Shown: positions 47,456 to 57,069 of the stretch, one piece after another
How positions within the stretch are numbered: position 1 is the stretch's first letter
How the letters are laid out: every line of letters begins with the position of its first letter
Source of the DNA: Deltaproteobacteria bacterium
GTDB taxonomy: Bacteria > Desulfobacterota > Desulfobacteria > Desulfobacterales > SG8-13
NCBI GenBank assembly: GCA_041299015.1
Contig: JBFYWB010000111.1
Coordinates: forward strand, 47 to 64,046
DNA length: 64,000 nt
Direction: 5' to 3'
Program-made: the position numbers and the translations under genes
Notes under the pieces: model-generated
What the model was told of the DNA's origin: nothing
The model's database searches: none
Seen by the model: the letters and a program-made list of their open reading frames with translations, nothing else

Positions 47456-48691
47456 ATGATGACCGAACTAGAGAAGATGGAGACGTTGAGCCGTCTGGTC
47501 ATTCAACTGAACCGGGTCAGCGACCTCGATATCCTCATGGAGCATATTCTGACCGAGGCCCGTCGTTTTGTGAATGCAGACGCAGGATCGATTTACATCG
47601 TCGAAGGTCAGGTCCTGCGGTTTACGTATACCCAGAATGACACCCTGCGAAAACGGTTGTCGAAAGGAGAAAAACTGATCTACATGACTTTTTCCCTACC
47701 GATCGACGACCAGAGTATCGCCGGCTACGTCGCGGCCACGGGAGAGCCCCTGAATATCGCGAATGTGTATGACATCGAAGCAATCGCACCCTACAACTTC
47801 AGCCAGGAGTTCGATCAGGCCTCGCATTATGCCACCCGCAGCGCGCTGACCATTCCCCTGAAATCCGCCAATAACGCCATTCTCGGCATCTTGCAGATTA
47901 TTAATGCCCAGGACGACGGCCTGAACGTGATCCCATTTTCCGAAAAGGACGAAAAAATGCTGCTGCAATTCGCCAGCATTGCAGCCGTGGCTCTGGAACG
48001 CGCCCAGATGATGCGCGCCATCATCCTGAGGATGATCCGTATGGCTGAGTTGCGGGACCCGATGGAAACCGGTGCCCATGTCAACCGTGTCGGAGGTTTT
48101 GCGGTTGAAATTTATGAAAAATGGGCCGCCCGGCGCAATTTCTCGCAGAGAAAGATCGATAAAAACCGTGATCTGCTGCGCATGGCGGCCATGCTTCACG
48201 ATGTCGGCAAAGTTGCCATTTCGGACTTGATTCTCAAAAAACCGGGCCGCTTCAACAGTGATGAATACGAGATCATGAAACAGCACACGGTGCTGGGGGC
48301 GCAGTTGTTTCTGGGGCGGCAATCTGAATTTGATGACGCCGCTTCCCAGGTGGCCTTGACTCACCATGAAAGATGGGACGGTTCGGGATATCCTGGACAT
48401 GTCGATTTAGCCAGCGGCCTGCCGTTGCCCGGTCAAACCGATTCAGCCGGTCGACCACGGGGCAAGAAGGGGACCGAGATTCCCCTTTTTGGCAGAATCG
48501 TGGCGCTGGCCGATGTTTATGATGCCCTTTCGTCTGCGCGGATTTACAAGACGGCCTGGAACGAATCCGCTGTCCTGGATACTCTGGATAAAAATTCCGG
48601 ATCCCACTTCGACCCGGAACTCGTTGAGATATTTTTTTCAATCATCGACATCATCCGCTCCATACGGAACCGCTACGCGGACGAAACCTGA
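47456..48691 (+). CDS. GAF-domain HD-GYP phosphodiesterase (c-di-GMP signalling).
   Basis: N-terminal GAF domain (ADAGSIYIVEGQVLRF...), then the HD-GYP domain (HVNRV...LHDVGKVAI...HHERWDGSGYPG). ATG 47456 has a GGGGAG RBS. Confidence 0.88.
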   Translation: MMTELEKMETLSRLVIQLNRVSDLDILMEHILTEARRFVNADAGSIYIVEGQVLRFTYTQNDTLRKRLSKGEKLIYMTFSLPIDDQSIAGYVAATGEPLNIANVYDIEAIAPYNFSQEFDQASHYATRSALTIPLKSANNAILGILQIINAQDDGLNVIPFSEKDEKMLLQFASIAAVALERAQMMRAIILRMIRMAELRDPMETGAHVNRVGGFAVEIYEKWAARRNFSQRKIDKNRDLLRMAAMLHDVGKVAISDLILKKPGRFNSDEYEIMKQHTVLGAQLFLGRQSEFDDAASQVALTHHERWDGSGYPGHVDLASGLPLPGQTDSAGRPRGKKGTEIPLFGRIVALADVYDALSSARIYKTAWNESAVLDTLDKNSGSHFDPELVEIFFSIIDIIRSIRNRYADET

Positions 48692-48959
48692 CCGCGGAAT
48701 CGATCCACACGGGACAAGGGCCAACAGCGGCGCAAACTGCCCGGCGCGGGGGGAGCAGGATTTTTTGTGAGTATCAGGATAATTCCAGATCTGGATTTTA
48801 ACCTAATCCTTGAACCGCATGCCGGAATCAGGTATGCATTCACAGGGACATCGGCCCGGACAACCTTTTGGCAAGCACCGTTGGCTGCAGGTTTCGGCGC
48901 GGTGTTCCCGCAAGGGGCGCCGGGATGCCATCAAGCATAACAGAGGGACAAAACATTTA

Positions 48960-50936
48960 ATGAAAACCTGCGTATTAAAACTCATCATTCTTCTGGTCGG
49001 CGGGCTCCTGTTCTTGTGGGCCTGTGCTCCGCGACCCGTTGTGGTCACAAAACCGGCCCCGACGATGGCGTACCCCGGACAAAACACGGTACTCGAAGCC
49101 GATGCGCTTTTCGAAGCCCGAAACTACGAGAAAGCCCTCGACTACTACCGGCAATATTTAGACCAATATCCGGATGGGCCGGCCGCAGCGACGGCATGGC
49201 TTCGGATCGGCAGCCTTCAGAATGCTCTCGGCCGATACGAGTCGGCCCGGGATTCATTCAATCGCCTGCTGGCCGATTTTCCCCGCGATATGCTCGCGGG
49301 CGAGGCCAAGGTGGGAATTTTGGCATCGTATTACGAAGAGGGCCTGTTCGACAATGCCGTTCGCCTGGGCACGACGATGCTCGAGCAGACCTTGACCAAG
49401 AGTCAGAAAATGCGCACACACGAAATTTTAGGCGACACTTTTCTTGCCCGGCAGTCTCCCGAGGACGCCGTCTATCTCTACACAATGGCCTACCGTTCAG
49501 CAGAGGCGCCTCAGGCGCCGGTGATCGAGTACAAGCTGAAAACCGCCATCGGTACTTTAACGGTCAGCAATATCGTTGCCCTGCTGGGGCATGTCCAGGA
49601 TGATCTGCCCCGCAGCTACCTGGAATATCAGCTCGGGGTAAACCTGGCCGCAGAAAGCCAGTACGATCAAGCCGCAAAGGCCCTGTCAGATTTCCTGGCG
49701 GCCTATCCGGCGCACGAATACAACCAGCAGGCCCGCCGCTTATTGGAAGAGCTCTCCGGGCGAACCGTTTACAACCGAACCACCATCGGGTGTTTGCTGC
49801 CGCTCAGCGGTCGCTATCACGTTTATGGCGACAAGGCCCTCAAAGGTGTCGAAATAGCCCTGGCCCGGTTTAACCAGCAGGCCATCGGTGACCAGCCCGT
49901 GCAGCTGATTGTAAAGGACAGCGGCTCCGATCCCGCAATGCTGACCGCGGCGATCGAGGAACTCGTCCAGGCGAGGGTTGCCGCAATTATCGGACCGCTC
50001 GTCGATGCCGAGTATGCGGCCGAGATCGCCCAGAAAAACGGCATTCCCATCGTTACCTTCACCCAGAAGGAAAAGATTACGGAGATCGGGGACTGGGTTT
50101 TTCGTAATTTTCTGACGCCTGAAATGCAGGTTAAACGAATTGTCGGCTATGCCGTAGACGTGCTCGGGGCTCGTCACTTCGTCATCCTCTACCCCGATGA
50201 AAAATACGGCGCCACGTTCATGAATCTTTTCTGGGATGAGGTCATTCAGCACGGCGGCCGCGTTGTCGGTGTCGAGTCCTACGCTCCGACCCAGACCGAT
50301 TTTGCGGAACCGATCAAAAAGCTCGTCGGTCAATACCACGAGCCCCCTTGGGATTTAAAAGACATCATTCGGCCCCCGCAGGAATCCGAAATCGATACCA
50401 CCGGGGAACAGGAAAAAAGTCGCGGCGACAGAGGCCGAAGGGAGGATAAGAAGCCCGATGCGATCGTCGATTTCGACGCCATCTTCATCCCCGATGCCCC
50501 GGCCAAGGCCGGACTGATCGTTCCTCAGCTGGCTTATTATGATATCGAAAACGTGTACCTATTGGGGACAAACCTATGGCATTCGCCTAAAATGATCGAA
50601 ATGGCGAAGGATTACGTTCAGGGGGCCATTATGCCTGACGGCTTTTTCCCCGACAGCCATCACGGGCGGGTCAGGCAATTCGTTGCGCTTTTTGAGGACA
50701 CCTACGGTGAGGCGCCGGGCCTTATCGAGGCCACGACTTATGATACCGCCATGATGCTCTTTCAGATTTGTCAACATCCCGACGTTCAATCAAGGACGGC
50801 TATCAAAGAGAAACTTTTAAATTTGAGAGACTTCCCCGGCGTTACCGGTTTGACCTCATTCGACGGGCAGCGTGAGGCGTTGAAGGAGCTGAGCATGCTC
50901 AGAATCGAGGGAAACGGTTTCGTGGAGCTTAAGTAA
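48960..50936 (+). CDS. TPR plus periplasmic-binding-domain lipoprotein (penicillin-binding protein activator LpoA-like / LivK-fold).
   Basis: Start MKTCVLKLIILLVGGLLFLWAC (lipobox), then TPR-like helices and a Peripla_BP_6-like domain (IGCLLPLSGRYHVYGDKALKGVEIA...IIGPL). The track start at 48810 is over-extended. Confidence 0.75.
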   Translation: MKTCVLKLIILLVGGLLFLWACAPRPVVVTKPAPTMAYPGQNTVLEADALFEARNYEKALDYYRQYLDQYPDGPAAATAWLRIGSLQNALGRYESARDSFNRLLADFPRDMLAGEAKVGILASYYEEGLFDNAVRLGTTMLEQTLTKSQKMRTHEILGDTFLARQSPEDAVYLYTMAYRSAEAPQAPVIEYKLKTAIGTLTVSNIVALLGHVQDDLPRSYLEYQLGVNLAAESQYDQAAKALSDFLAAYPAHEYNQQARRLLEELSGRTVYNRTTIGCLLPLSGRYHVYGDKALKGVEIALARFNQQAIGDQPVQLIVKDSGSDPAMLTAAIEELVQARVAAIIGPLVDAEYAAEIAQKNGIPIVTFTQKEKITEIGDWVFRNFLTPEMQVKRIVGYAVDVLGARHFVILYPDEKYGATFMNLFWDEVIQHGGRVVGVESYAPTQTDFAEPIKKLVGQYHEPPWDLKDIIRPPQESEIDTTGEQEKSRGDRGRREDKKPDAIVDFDAIFIPDAPAKAGLIVPQLAYYDIENVYLLGTNLWHSPKMIEMAKDYVQGAIMPDGFFPDSHHGRVRQFVALFEDTYGEAPGLIEATTYDTAMMLFQICQHPDVQSRTAIKEKLLNLRDFPGVTGLTSFDGQREALKELSMLRIEGNGFVELK

Positions 50937-50957
50937 GGTTCGGGCGCGGTTCGTTTG

Positions 50958-52289
50958 TCAGTGACCGTTGCGCAGCGATCCCTGTCCGGTGGCTTCCAGC
51001 ACCGTGCGCCACAGCTTGCCGCAGGAGGTGACGTGTTTGCGCTTGCCGGCCGAGAGACTCATCGGCACGTGTACAAAGAAATTGTTCCAGTGGCTGATGA
51101 GCATTCTGGTTTTCCCAGCCATGCCGGCATGAACGGCATCGCGTCCCAAAAAACCGCAGAAGACGCTGTCGTTGGCGTTGGCCGGCAGGCTTCGGATCAT
51201 ATAACTGGGGTCGATGTACTTCAGTGAAATCTCGATTCCGCGGGATGCGAAATATGCCGTGATCCGGTTGCGCAGGAAAATTCCGATGTCCTTTAATTTT
51301 ACGTTTCCAGAGGCATCCCGTTCTTCATCGGACCCCTCGAACAACTTTTGGCCGAAACCCTCGGCCACCACGACGACGGCATGGTTTCTGAGCAACAATC
51401 GTTTTTCGAGGTTTCGCAGAAAGCCGTTCTCACCGTCCAGGTCGACCTCGATTTCCGGGATCAGGACAAAATTGACATCCTGTTGAGCAACAGCGGCCGT
51501 TGCCGCGATGAATCCGGAATGGCGGCCCATCAGCTTGATCATCCCTATTCCGTTCGGATAGCCCTTGGCTTCGTTGTGGGCCCCCTGAATCGCCCGGGTG
51601 GCAACATCCACGGCCGTGTCGAAGCCAAACGAACGCGACACCATGATAATGTCGTTGTCGATGGTCTTGGGGATGCCGATCACGCTGATTTTCAGGCTGC
51701 GCTCCCTGATCGCGTCGGACAGAGCCGAGGCGGCCCTCAGAGTGCCGTCGCCGCCGATCATAAACAGAATGCCGATGTTCATTCGCTCCAGGCTGTCCAC
51801 GATTTCATCGATCGACTGCGGTCCCCGGGATGAGCCAAGGATCGAACCGCCGGTATCCAAAAGGTTGGCAACAACTTCAGGGTTCAGGGCGATGACGTCG
51901 TGCCCGTAATTCGGGATGAACCCCTGGAGACCGTAACGAATTCCGATAATGTTGCGCACTCCGTATCCATAGTAGAGTTGCAGGACGATCGATCGGATGA
52001 TGTCATTAAGGCCCGGGCAGAGACCGCCACAGGTCACCATCGCGCACTTGAGCTTGCTGGGATCGAAATAGATTTTTTCACGCGGGCCGGCCAGTTCGAA
52101 AGAGGGCGGGTCGATTCCGGCTTCAATCAGCTGCTTTATTTTGTCGATGTCCACGTCCAGGGCCACCCGGTCGGAATCTGTGACAAAACTGTTGCAGTGC
52201 GAATTGTCGAACGGCGGGATAACCGGTGATGGTATTTTCGCGGGTCCCAGAGTGGGAATGGTGGTCTCGATGATGTCGTATTCTTCCAT
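50958..52289 (-). CDS. pfk: 6-phosphofructokinase (long ATP/PPi-dependent PFK family).
   Basis: AMVTCGGLCPGLNDIIR, MIGGDGT, IGIPKTIDNDI and MGRHSGFIA. Start MEEYDII with a GAGG RBS. Confidence 0.9.
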   Translation of the reverse strand: MEEYDIIETTIPTLGPAKIPSPVIPPFDNSHCNSFVTDSDRVALDVDIDKIKQLIEAGIDPPSFELAGPREKIYFDPSKLKCAMVTCGGLCPGLNDIIRSIVLQLYYGYGVRNIIGIRYGLQGFIPNYGHDVIALNPEVVANLLDTGGSILGSSRGPQSIDEIVDSLERMNIGILFMIGGDGTLRAASALSDAIRERSLKISVIGIPKTIDNDIIMVSRSFGFDTAVDVATRAIQGAHNEAKGYPNGIGMIKLMGRHSGFIAATAAVAQQDVNFVLIPEIEVDLDGENGFLRNLEKRLLLRNHAVVVVAEGFGQKLFEGSDEERDASGNVKLKDIGIFLRNRITAYFASRGIEISLKYIDPSYMIRSLPANANDSVFCGFLGRDAVHAGMAGKTRMLISHWNNFFVHVPMSLSAGKRKHVTSCGKLWRTVLEATGQGSLRNGH

Positions 52290-52513
52290 TTCGTTGCCTC
52301 GCAACATTGATATTCTCAGCCCGACATCATATCTTTTTCTCGGTGAAAAGCCAAACGCGTTTTGGAAATGATTCTGGCTGAGTGTTGAAGGGACTGCGGA
52401 TCGAAGGGACCTCGTATAGATGATCGTCGGTAACCTGTCAACCCTTTGAAAATTGCGACGCTATGGGTCGGTTTCGCCACCACCGCAACCTTATTCATTG
52501 TTACAAAAAAGTA

Positions 52514-52542
52514 TTGACAGGCATATGGTTGATCTGTATTAT
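52514..52542 (+). promoter_or_regulatory. Near-consensus sigma-70 promoter for the PxxKW gene.
   Basis: TTGACA (52514..52519), 17 nt, then TATTAT (52537..52542). Confidence 0.65.
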
Positions 52543-52651
52543 CAATCTCTTTTTATAATAGATTATTTATTTGGGCAGGAGGGCATCCTTCTGTCCATTT
52601 TATTGGTGGTATTCACGACATCTTTTAATATCTTAATAGGGGGTGATTCCA

Positions 52652-52936
52652 ATGATTTGTACAACCGTTCGAGAAGGCAGGGAGTGCCCTTTCATGACCG
52701 CAAAGGGCTGTTCGTACAACGGCGGGTTTTGCCATGAGATCGTGGAACAATGCAGCGGCTGCACCCGCAAGGTGGAAGTGCAGTCCAACTGGTATTGTGC
52801 GGCCTGTCCCGATCCGTCCATTAAATGGAAAATCGGTAACTGCAACCTGGCCACGCACGTCAGTTCAACCACGGTGCAGGTGAGTGCCAAAATCAATCCG
52901 CTCAAGGCCTCCAAGCGTCAGAACAAGAAAAAATAA
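52652..52936 (+). CDS. PxxKW-type cysteine-rich small protein.
   Basis: MICTTVREGRECPFMTAKGCSYNGGFCHEIVEQCSGCTRKVEVQSNWYCAACPDPSIKWKIGNCNLATH..., with 11 Cys and a P-S-I-K-W motif. A GGGGG RBS sits 8 nt before ATG 52652. Confidence 0.8.
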   Translation: MICTTVREGRECPFMTAKGCSYNGGFCHEIVEQCSGCTRKVEVQSNWYCAACPDPSIKWKIGNCNLATHVSSTTVQVSAKINPLKASKRQNKKK

Positions 52937-52956
52937 GTTTCCGATCCCGAGGCAAA

Positions 52957-52986
52957 CCCCGCTCATCGACAGAGCGGGGTTTTTTT
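52957..52986 (+). terminator. Rho-independent terminator after the PxxKW gene.
   Basis: Stem CCCCGCTC/GAGCGGGG, a 7-nt loop, then a T7 run. Confidence 0.88.
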
Positions 52987-53313
52987 AGTGCCTTGCTCAC
53001 CGGCGACACCGCAAGGCCCAAAGACCCGAAAATCAGATGTTCGGTGCTGACTGTGGGTAAAATTTATCCAACCGCGGCGCCGTCCTGAGTCGGACAACCA
53101 CCCTGCTGCCGGAACCCCTTTTTTCTTGACATTTTTCACTGTTAGACAGTAAAAACGGCCCCAAAATGAGCGCTAAGACCTTTGAATGGCGCCTCTCGAA
53201 TAATTCCGCCCCCGCATATTCCAGAAACGGCGGAGGATTGATGAACACTATCGGCGTACGGGTTGCTTCGTTACGTCATTGCCACGCGGTAACGCGTGAA
53301 CGGAGGTTATGAG

Positions 53314-54627
53314 ATGATGAATCCCATCGCGGAAGAACTTAACCGACACATCGACGACGGCAACGCCCACCTGACGGCGATGATGTCCAAAATCGGCCGA
53401 CATCTTTTCTTTCCCAAGGGGATTCTGGCCCAAAGTGCGGAGGCCAAAGAAAAGGCCTACCGGTTCAATGCCACGGCCGGCATTGCCATGGAAAAAGGCG
53501 AGACGATGCGTCTGGATTCGGTCATGCAAATGATCAACGGCCTGCGTCCCAGTGAAGCCCTTACTTATGCGCCATCCTTCGGTCTGCTCGATCTGCGGCG
53601 GCTGTGGCAGTCGAAACTGTTTGAAAAAAATCCCTCCCTGCAGGGGCGGCGGATCAGCCTTCCGGTGGTTACCTGCGGCATCACTCACGGGATCAGCGTT
53701 TTTGCCGATCTCTGGGTCGATTCGGGAGATGTGATCTTTTTGCCGGAGCCGATGTGGGGAAACTACAACATGATTTTCCAGGTTCGGAAAGGTGCCGCGG
53801 TGCTGCACTATCCGGTTTTCGCCGATGACGGAGGGTTTCATCTCCAGGCTTTCGCGGACCGGATCAAAACCGAAGCCCGACGGCGCGGCAAAATCATCGT
53901 CATGTTGAATTTTCCGCACAATCCGTCCGGATATACCGTCAGTCGGCGCGAAGGCGAGGCCATCGCCCGCATACTTCTGGAAACGGCCGAAGCGGGGTGC
54001 AATGTGATCGCCGTGACGGACGACTCCTACTTCGGCCTTTTTTACGAAGAAGACGCGCTCAAGGAGTCCCTTTTTTCGATGCTGTGCGGCCGGCATCCGC
54101 GGCTTTTGGCCGTCAAGCTGGATGGGTGTACCAAGGAGAATTTCGTATGGGGTTTGCGGGTCGGTTTCGTGACCTACGGCGGACTCGTCGAGGGCGATCC
54201 GGCGCCGGTTTACGATGCGCTGGAGCGCAAGACGGCCGGGTGCGTGCGCGGAACCATCTCAAACGCCGCCCACCTCAGCCAGTCGATCGTCCTCAAATCG
54301 ATGCTGAGCGAAAGATTTGCGGCCGAAAAAGCCGCTAAGTTCGATATTTTAAAACGGCGGGCCTTGCGGGTCAAAGCCGTTCTGGCGGACCCGAAGTTCG
54401 GCGATGCCTGGGATGTCTATCCTTTTAATTCGGGCTACTTCATGTGCCTGAAGTTAAAAACCGTCGATGCCGAAAAACTGCGCCGGCACCTGCTGAACAC
54501 TTACGGCGTCGGACTGATCGCCATTGGCGACAAAAACCTGCGCGTCGCTTTTTCGTGTATCGAGGAGGAGGATGTCACCGAGTTGTTTGACATCATCCTG
54601 AAGGGTGTTACGGATTTGAGCGCATGA
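53314..54627 (+). CDS. Class I/II PLP-dependent aminotransferase.
   Basis: 437 aa from ATG 53314 (GGAGG RBS). The fold-type I pattern is present (NFPHNPSGYT, with the Lys region in VKLDGCTKENFVWGLRVGF). Confidence 0.82.
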   Translation: MMNPIAEELNRHIDDGNAHLTAMMSKIGRHLFFPKGILAQSAEAKEKAYRFNATAGIAMEKGETMRLDSVMQMINGLRPSEALTYAPSFGLLDLRRLWQSKLFEKNPSLQGRRISLPVVTCGITHGISVFADLWVDSGDVIFLPEPMWGNYNMIFQVRKGAAVLHYPVFADDGGFHLQAFADRIKTEARRRGKIIVMLNFPHNPSGYTVSRREGEAIARILLETAEAGCNVIAVTDDSYFGLFYEEDALKESLFSMLCGRHPRLLAVKLDGCTKENFVWGLRVGFVTYGGLVEGDPAPVYDALERKTAGCVRGTISNAAHLSQSIVLKSMLSERFAAEKAAKFDILKRRALRVKAVLADPKFGDAWDVYPFNSGYFMCLKLKTVDAEKLRRHLLNTYGVGLIAIGDKNLRVAFSCIEEEDVTELFDIILKGVTDLSA

Positions 54628-54630
54628 AAG

Positions 54631-55885
54631 GTGTTGTCGGGACACCCCATGACCCTGTTTAGAGGATCGGTACCTCGCGTTAGCACATTGATCAGAAAAG
54701 GGCGATCGTTCAATTTTGCCGGTGCCGGTAAATGGACCGTCTATTTTGTTCTGATAGGCATCTGCGCCGGTTTAGGTTCGATCGTATTCCATTATTTAAC
54801 TCAGATTGGCCTTCACTTTTTCCGTGCTGGCCTTCGTGCTGGCCGGCTTAGGGGTATTTTACGTCAAGGCCTTTTACGGCACCATCGCGCTGTTCAGGAA
54901 AATAAATATTCCCAGTTACCTCAAACCAGCCCTTGGCGGTCTGTTGACCGGAATCATCGGTTTCTTCCTGCCGCAGACCCTGGCCTTCGGCTATGGTTTT
55001 GCTCAACAGGCGCTCGAGAATCAATTGACCCTCCCATTTCTACTGAGCCTGGCGATCGGAAAAGTGCTGACGACTTCCTTTTCGATCGGCTCAGGCGGCA
55101 GCGGCGGGGTTTTCGGCCCCTCGATCGTGATTGGCGGGGCTATGGGCGGTGTCATCGGAAAAACTTTCCACCATTTCATGCCGACGGTGGTGACCGAGCC
55201 GGGCGCCTTCGTGGTCGTCGGCATGGCCGGTTTTTTTACGGCCGTCTCCAATACGCCGATTTCCACGATCATCTTCGTCAGTGAGATGACAAATTCCTAC
55301 CACTTGCTGCTGCCGAGCTTGGCCGTCTGTTCGGTCACCTACCTCGTCGCACGCCGATGGACCATATTTCACCGCCAGGTCAAAAGCAGGGTCGATTCAC
55401 CGGCCCACGCCGGAGAGTTCTTCGTCGACCTTCTCCAGGCGATCCGCGTGGGCGATTTGATGGATCACGTTAAAAAAGTCCAACTGATCCCGCAGGACAT
55501 GACCTTTGCGGATTTTAAAAATTACTTTTCCAGGACCGAGCAGCATTATTTTCCGGTCATGGACCAAAACCAGCGCCTGGTGAGTATTTTTTCGATCAAT
55601 GATGTCCGAGGAGTCCTGTTTTCCCAGGAGATCGAGGAATTGGTGGTTATGAAGGACATCGGCAGCTCCGACATCATCTTCGCCACCCCAGCGGAAGACC
55701 TGAACTCCGTGCTGCAGAAGTTCACCATCAAGAATATCGACAGCCTGCCGGTGGTGGCGGACGATGACCACGGTAAATTGATCGGGATGCTGGGCAGAAG
55801 GGAAGTGATCTCATTCTACAATCGGAAGGTCCAGGGGATCAAGCGCAGCCACCGGCAGTCGGAAGAACCCGTCTCGGACGCCTGA
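54631..55885 (+). pseudogene. ClC-type chloride channel with C-terminal CBS pair, carrying an internal deletion plus a frameshift.
   Basis: Frame 1 (54631..) gives the ClC helix-B-like segment KWTVYFVLIGICAGLGSIVFHYLTQIGLHFF and then nonsense. Frame 2 (54806..55885) resumes at a region equivalent to the middle of the ClC TM domain (…GSGGSGGVFGPS…, SNTPISTIIFVSEMTNSY) followed by two CBS domains. The GSGIP and GREGP filter segments (about 150 aa) are absent. Confidence 0.7.
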
Positions 55886-56108
55886 TAAGAAAGCCTTCAG
55901 ATCAAGCCGAGAGTTCATCCGGACGCGGCGGCTTTCGGAAGCGTTTCAATCCGCATAATTTTAAAGCCGCTGCGCGCGTGAACAGAAACCGGGCCGAAGC
56001 CGGCAGCTTTTCGAGGGGCGCAGCCGAGGCCGTTTTGCGGAGGCCGCCCAACGCCGGACGACGACTGCAGGGTGCGCCAATGCCCCCTGTGCGCAACCCC
56101 CAGCCTCA

Positions 56109-56858
56109 TCATTCATAGCCGACACCCATCAGGAACAATCCGTGCGGGGGCGCCGTGGCACCGGCACGTTTACGCTCTTTTGACAGCAAGATCTCGCCGA
56201 AATTCGCCGTACCGAACTTACCGCTGCCGACCGACACCAGGGTTCCGACGATATTTCGCACCATAAAACGTAAGAAACCGTCCGCTTCGATGTCGAACGC
56301 CAAGAATTCGGCCCTCTCCTCCCTGCTAAAAAAGGCCCTGAAGACCTGGCGAACCGCGTGTGACCGCGGGCTGCCGGCGCCCTCGAACGCCGTGAAGTCG
56401 TGACGGCCGACCAGAATGGCGGCGGCCCTGCGCATGGCGTCGAGATCGAGTGGACGGCGCAGGTGCCAGGCGTACTGGCGTCCGACGGCCACCCTCAGGG
56501 GATGGTTCAAGATGCGGTAGCGATAGGTTTTACGCCTGGCATCGAAGCGGGCGTGAAACGTCGGTTCGGCCCGGAGGCAGTCGCGAATGACGATGGCATC
56601 CGGCAGAAGACTGTTGAGGGCTTTCTGGATGGTTCCGGGATCCAAACGCGTGTGGCATTTAAAACTGGCCACTTGACCTAAGGCGTGAACCCCCGCGTCG
56701 GTCCGTCCGGAGCCGATAAGCGCGATTTTCTGTCGAATCACGGTATTAAGGGCAATTTCGATTTCCTCCTGAACGGTCCTACACCCTTTTTGCCGCTGCC
56801 AACCGTGGAAGTCGCCCCCGTCGTATTCAATGGTCATCTTGAAATTGCTAAGCTGCAT
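56109..56858 (-). CDS. truA: tRNA pseudouridine(38-40) synthase.
   Basis: MQLSNFKMTIEYDGGDFHGWQRQ and GSGRTDAGVHALGQV (catalytic Asp). The start is ambiguous (TTG 56876, ATG 56858 or ATG 56837). Confidence 0.9.
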   Translation of the reverse strand: MQLSNFKMTIEYDGGDFHGWQRQKGCRTVQEEIEIALNTVIRQKIALIGSGRTDAGVHALGQVASFKCHTRLDPGTIQKALNSLLPDAIVIRDCLRAEPTFHARFDARRKTYRYRILNHPLRVAVGRQYAWHLRRPLDLDAMRRAAAILVGRHDFTAFEGAGSPRSHAVRQVFRAFFSREERAEFLAFDIEADGFLRFMVRNIVGTLVSVGSGKFGTANFGEILLSKERKRAGATAPPHGLFLMGVGYE

Positions 56859-56886
56859 GGCGGTCACCGGAAGCAACGATCAAAAC

Positions 56887-57069
56887 TCACAACCTGTCGC
56901 ACCTTATGTCGGCCAGGGCGTCGTCAAAAAATTCATCCAGGGCCTCTGAATAGGTCTGGATCCGGTGGGTGGTATTGCACGACCTGCAATACAGGTGAAC
57001 TCTTTTTCATGATTTCTGCAGTTCAAGGCGATGTCCACACTTTCGGCAGAAAACGGATAACGGTTTCAT
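56887..57069 (-). CDS. Small dual-CxxC zinc-ribbon selenoprotein candidate (60 codons, in-frame TGA = Sec at 57009..57007).
   Basis: An AAGGAG RBS lies 7 nt before ATG 57069. The ORF reads MKPLSVFCRKCGHRLELQKS-TGA-KRVHLYCRSCNTTHRIQTYSEALDEFFDDALADIRCDRL-TGA. The second CxxC needed for a 4-Cys ribbon lies after the first TGA, and a strong hairpin follows 14 nt after it. Not in the ORF track. Confidence 0.65.
56972..56992 (-). promoter_or_regulatory. SECIS-like hairpin inside the small dual-CxxC gene.
   Basis: The mRNA reads GUAUUGCA-GGUCG-UGCAAUAC, a perfect 8-bp stem with a 5-nt loop containing GGU. It begins 14 nt 3' of the UGA. Confidence 0.6.

Noticed and set aside
53033-53248. A 71-aa minus-strand ORF in the gap before the aminotransferase gene.
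   Set aside because: It has no RBS, an implausible composition, and overlaps the likely promoter/leader of the aminotransferase. I treat it as non-coding.
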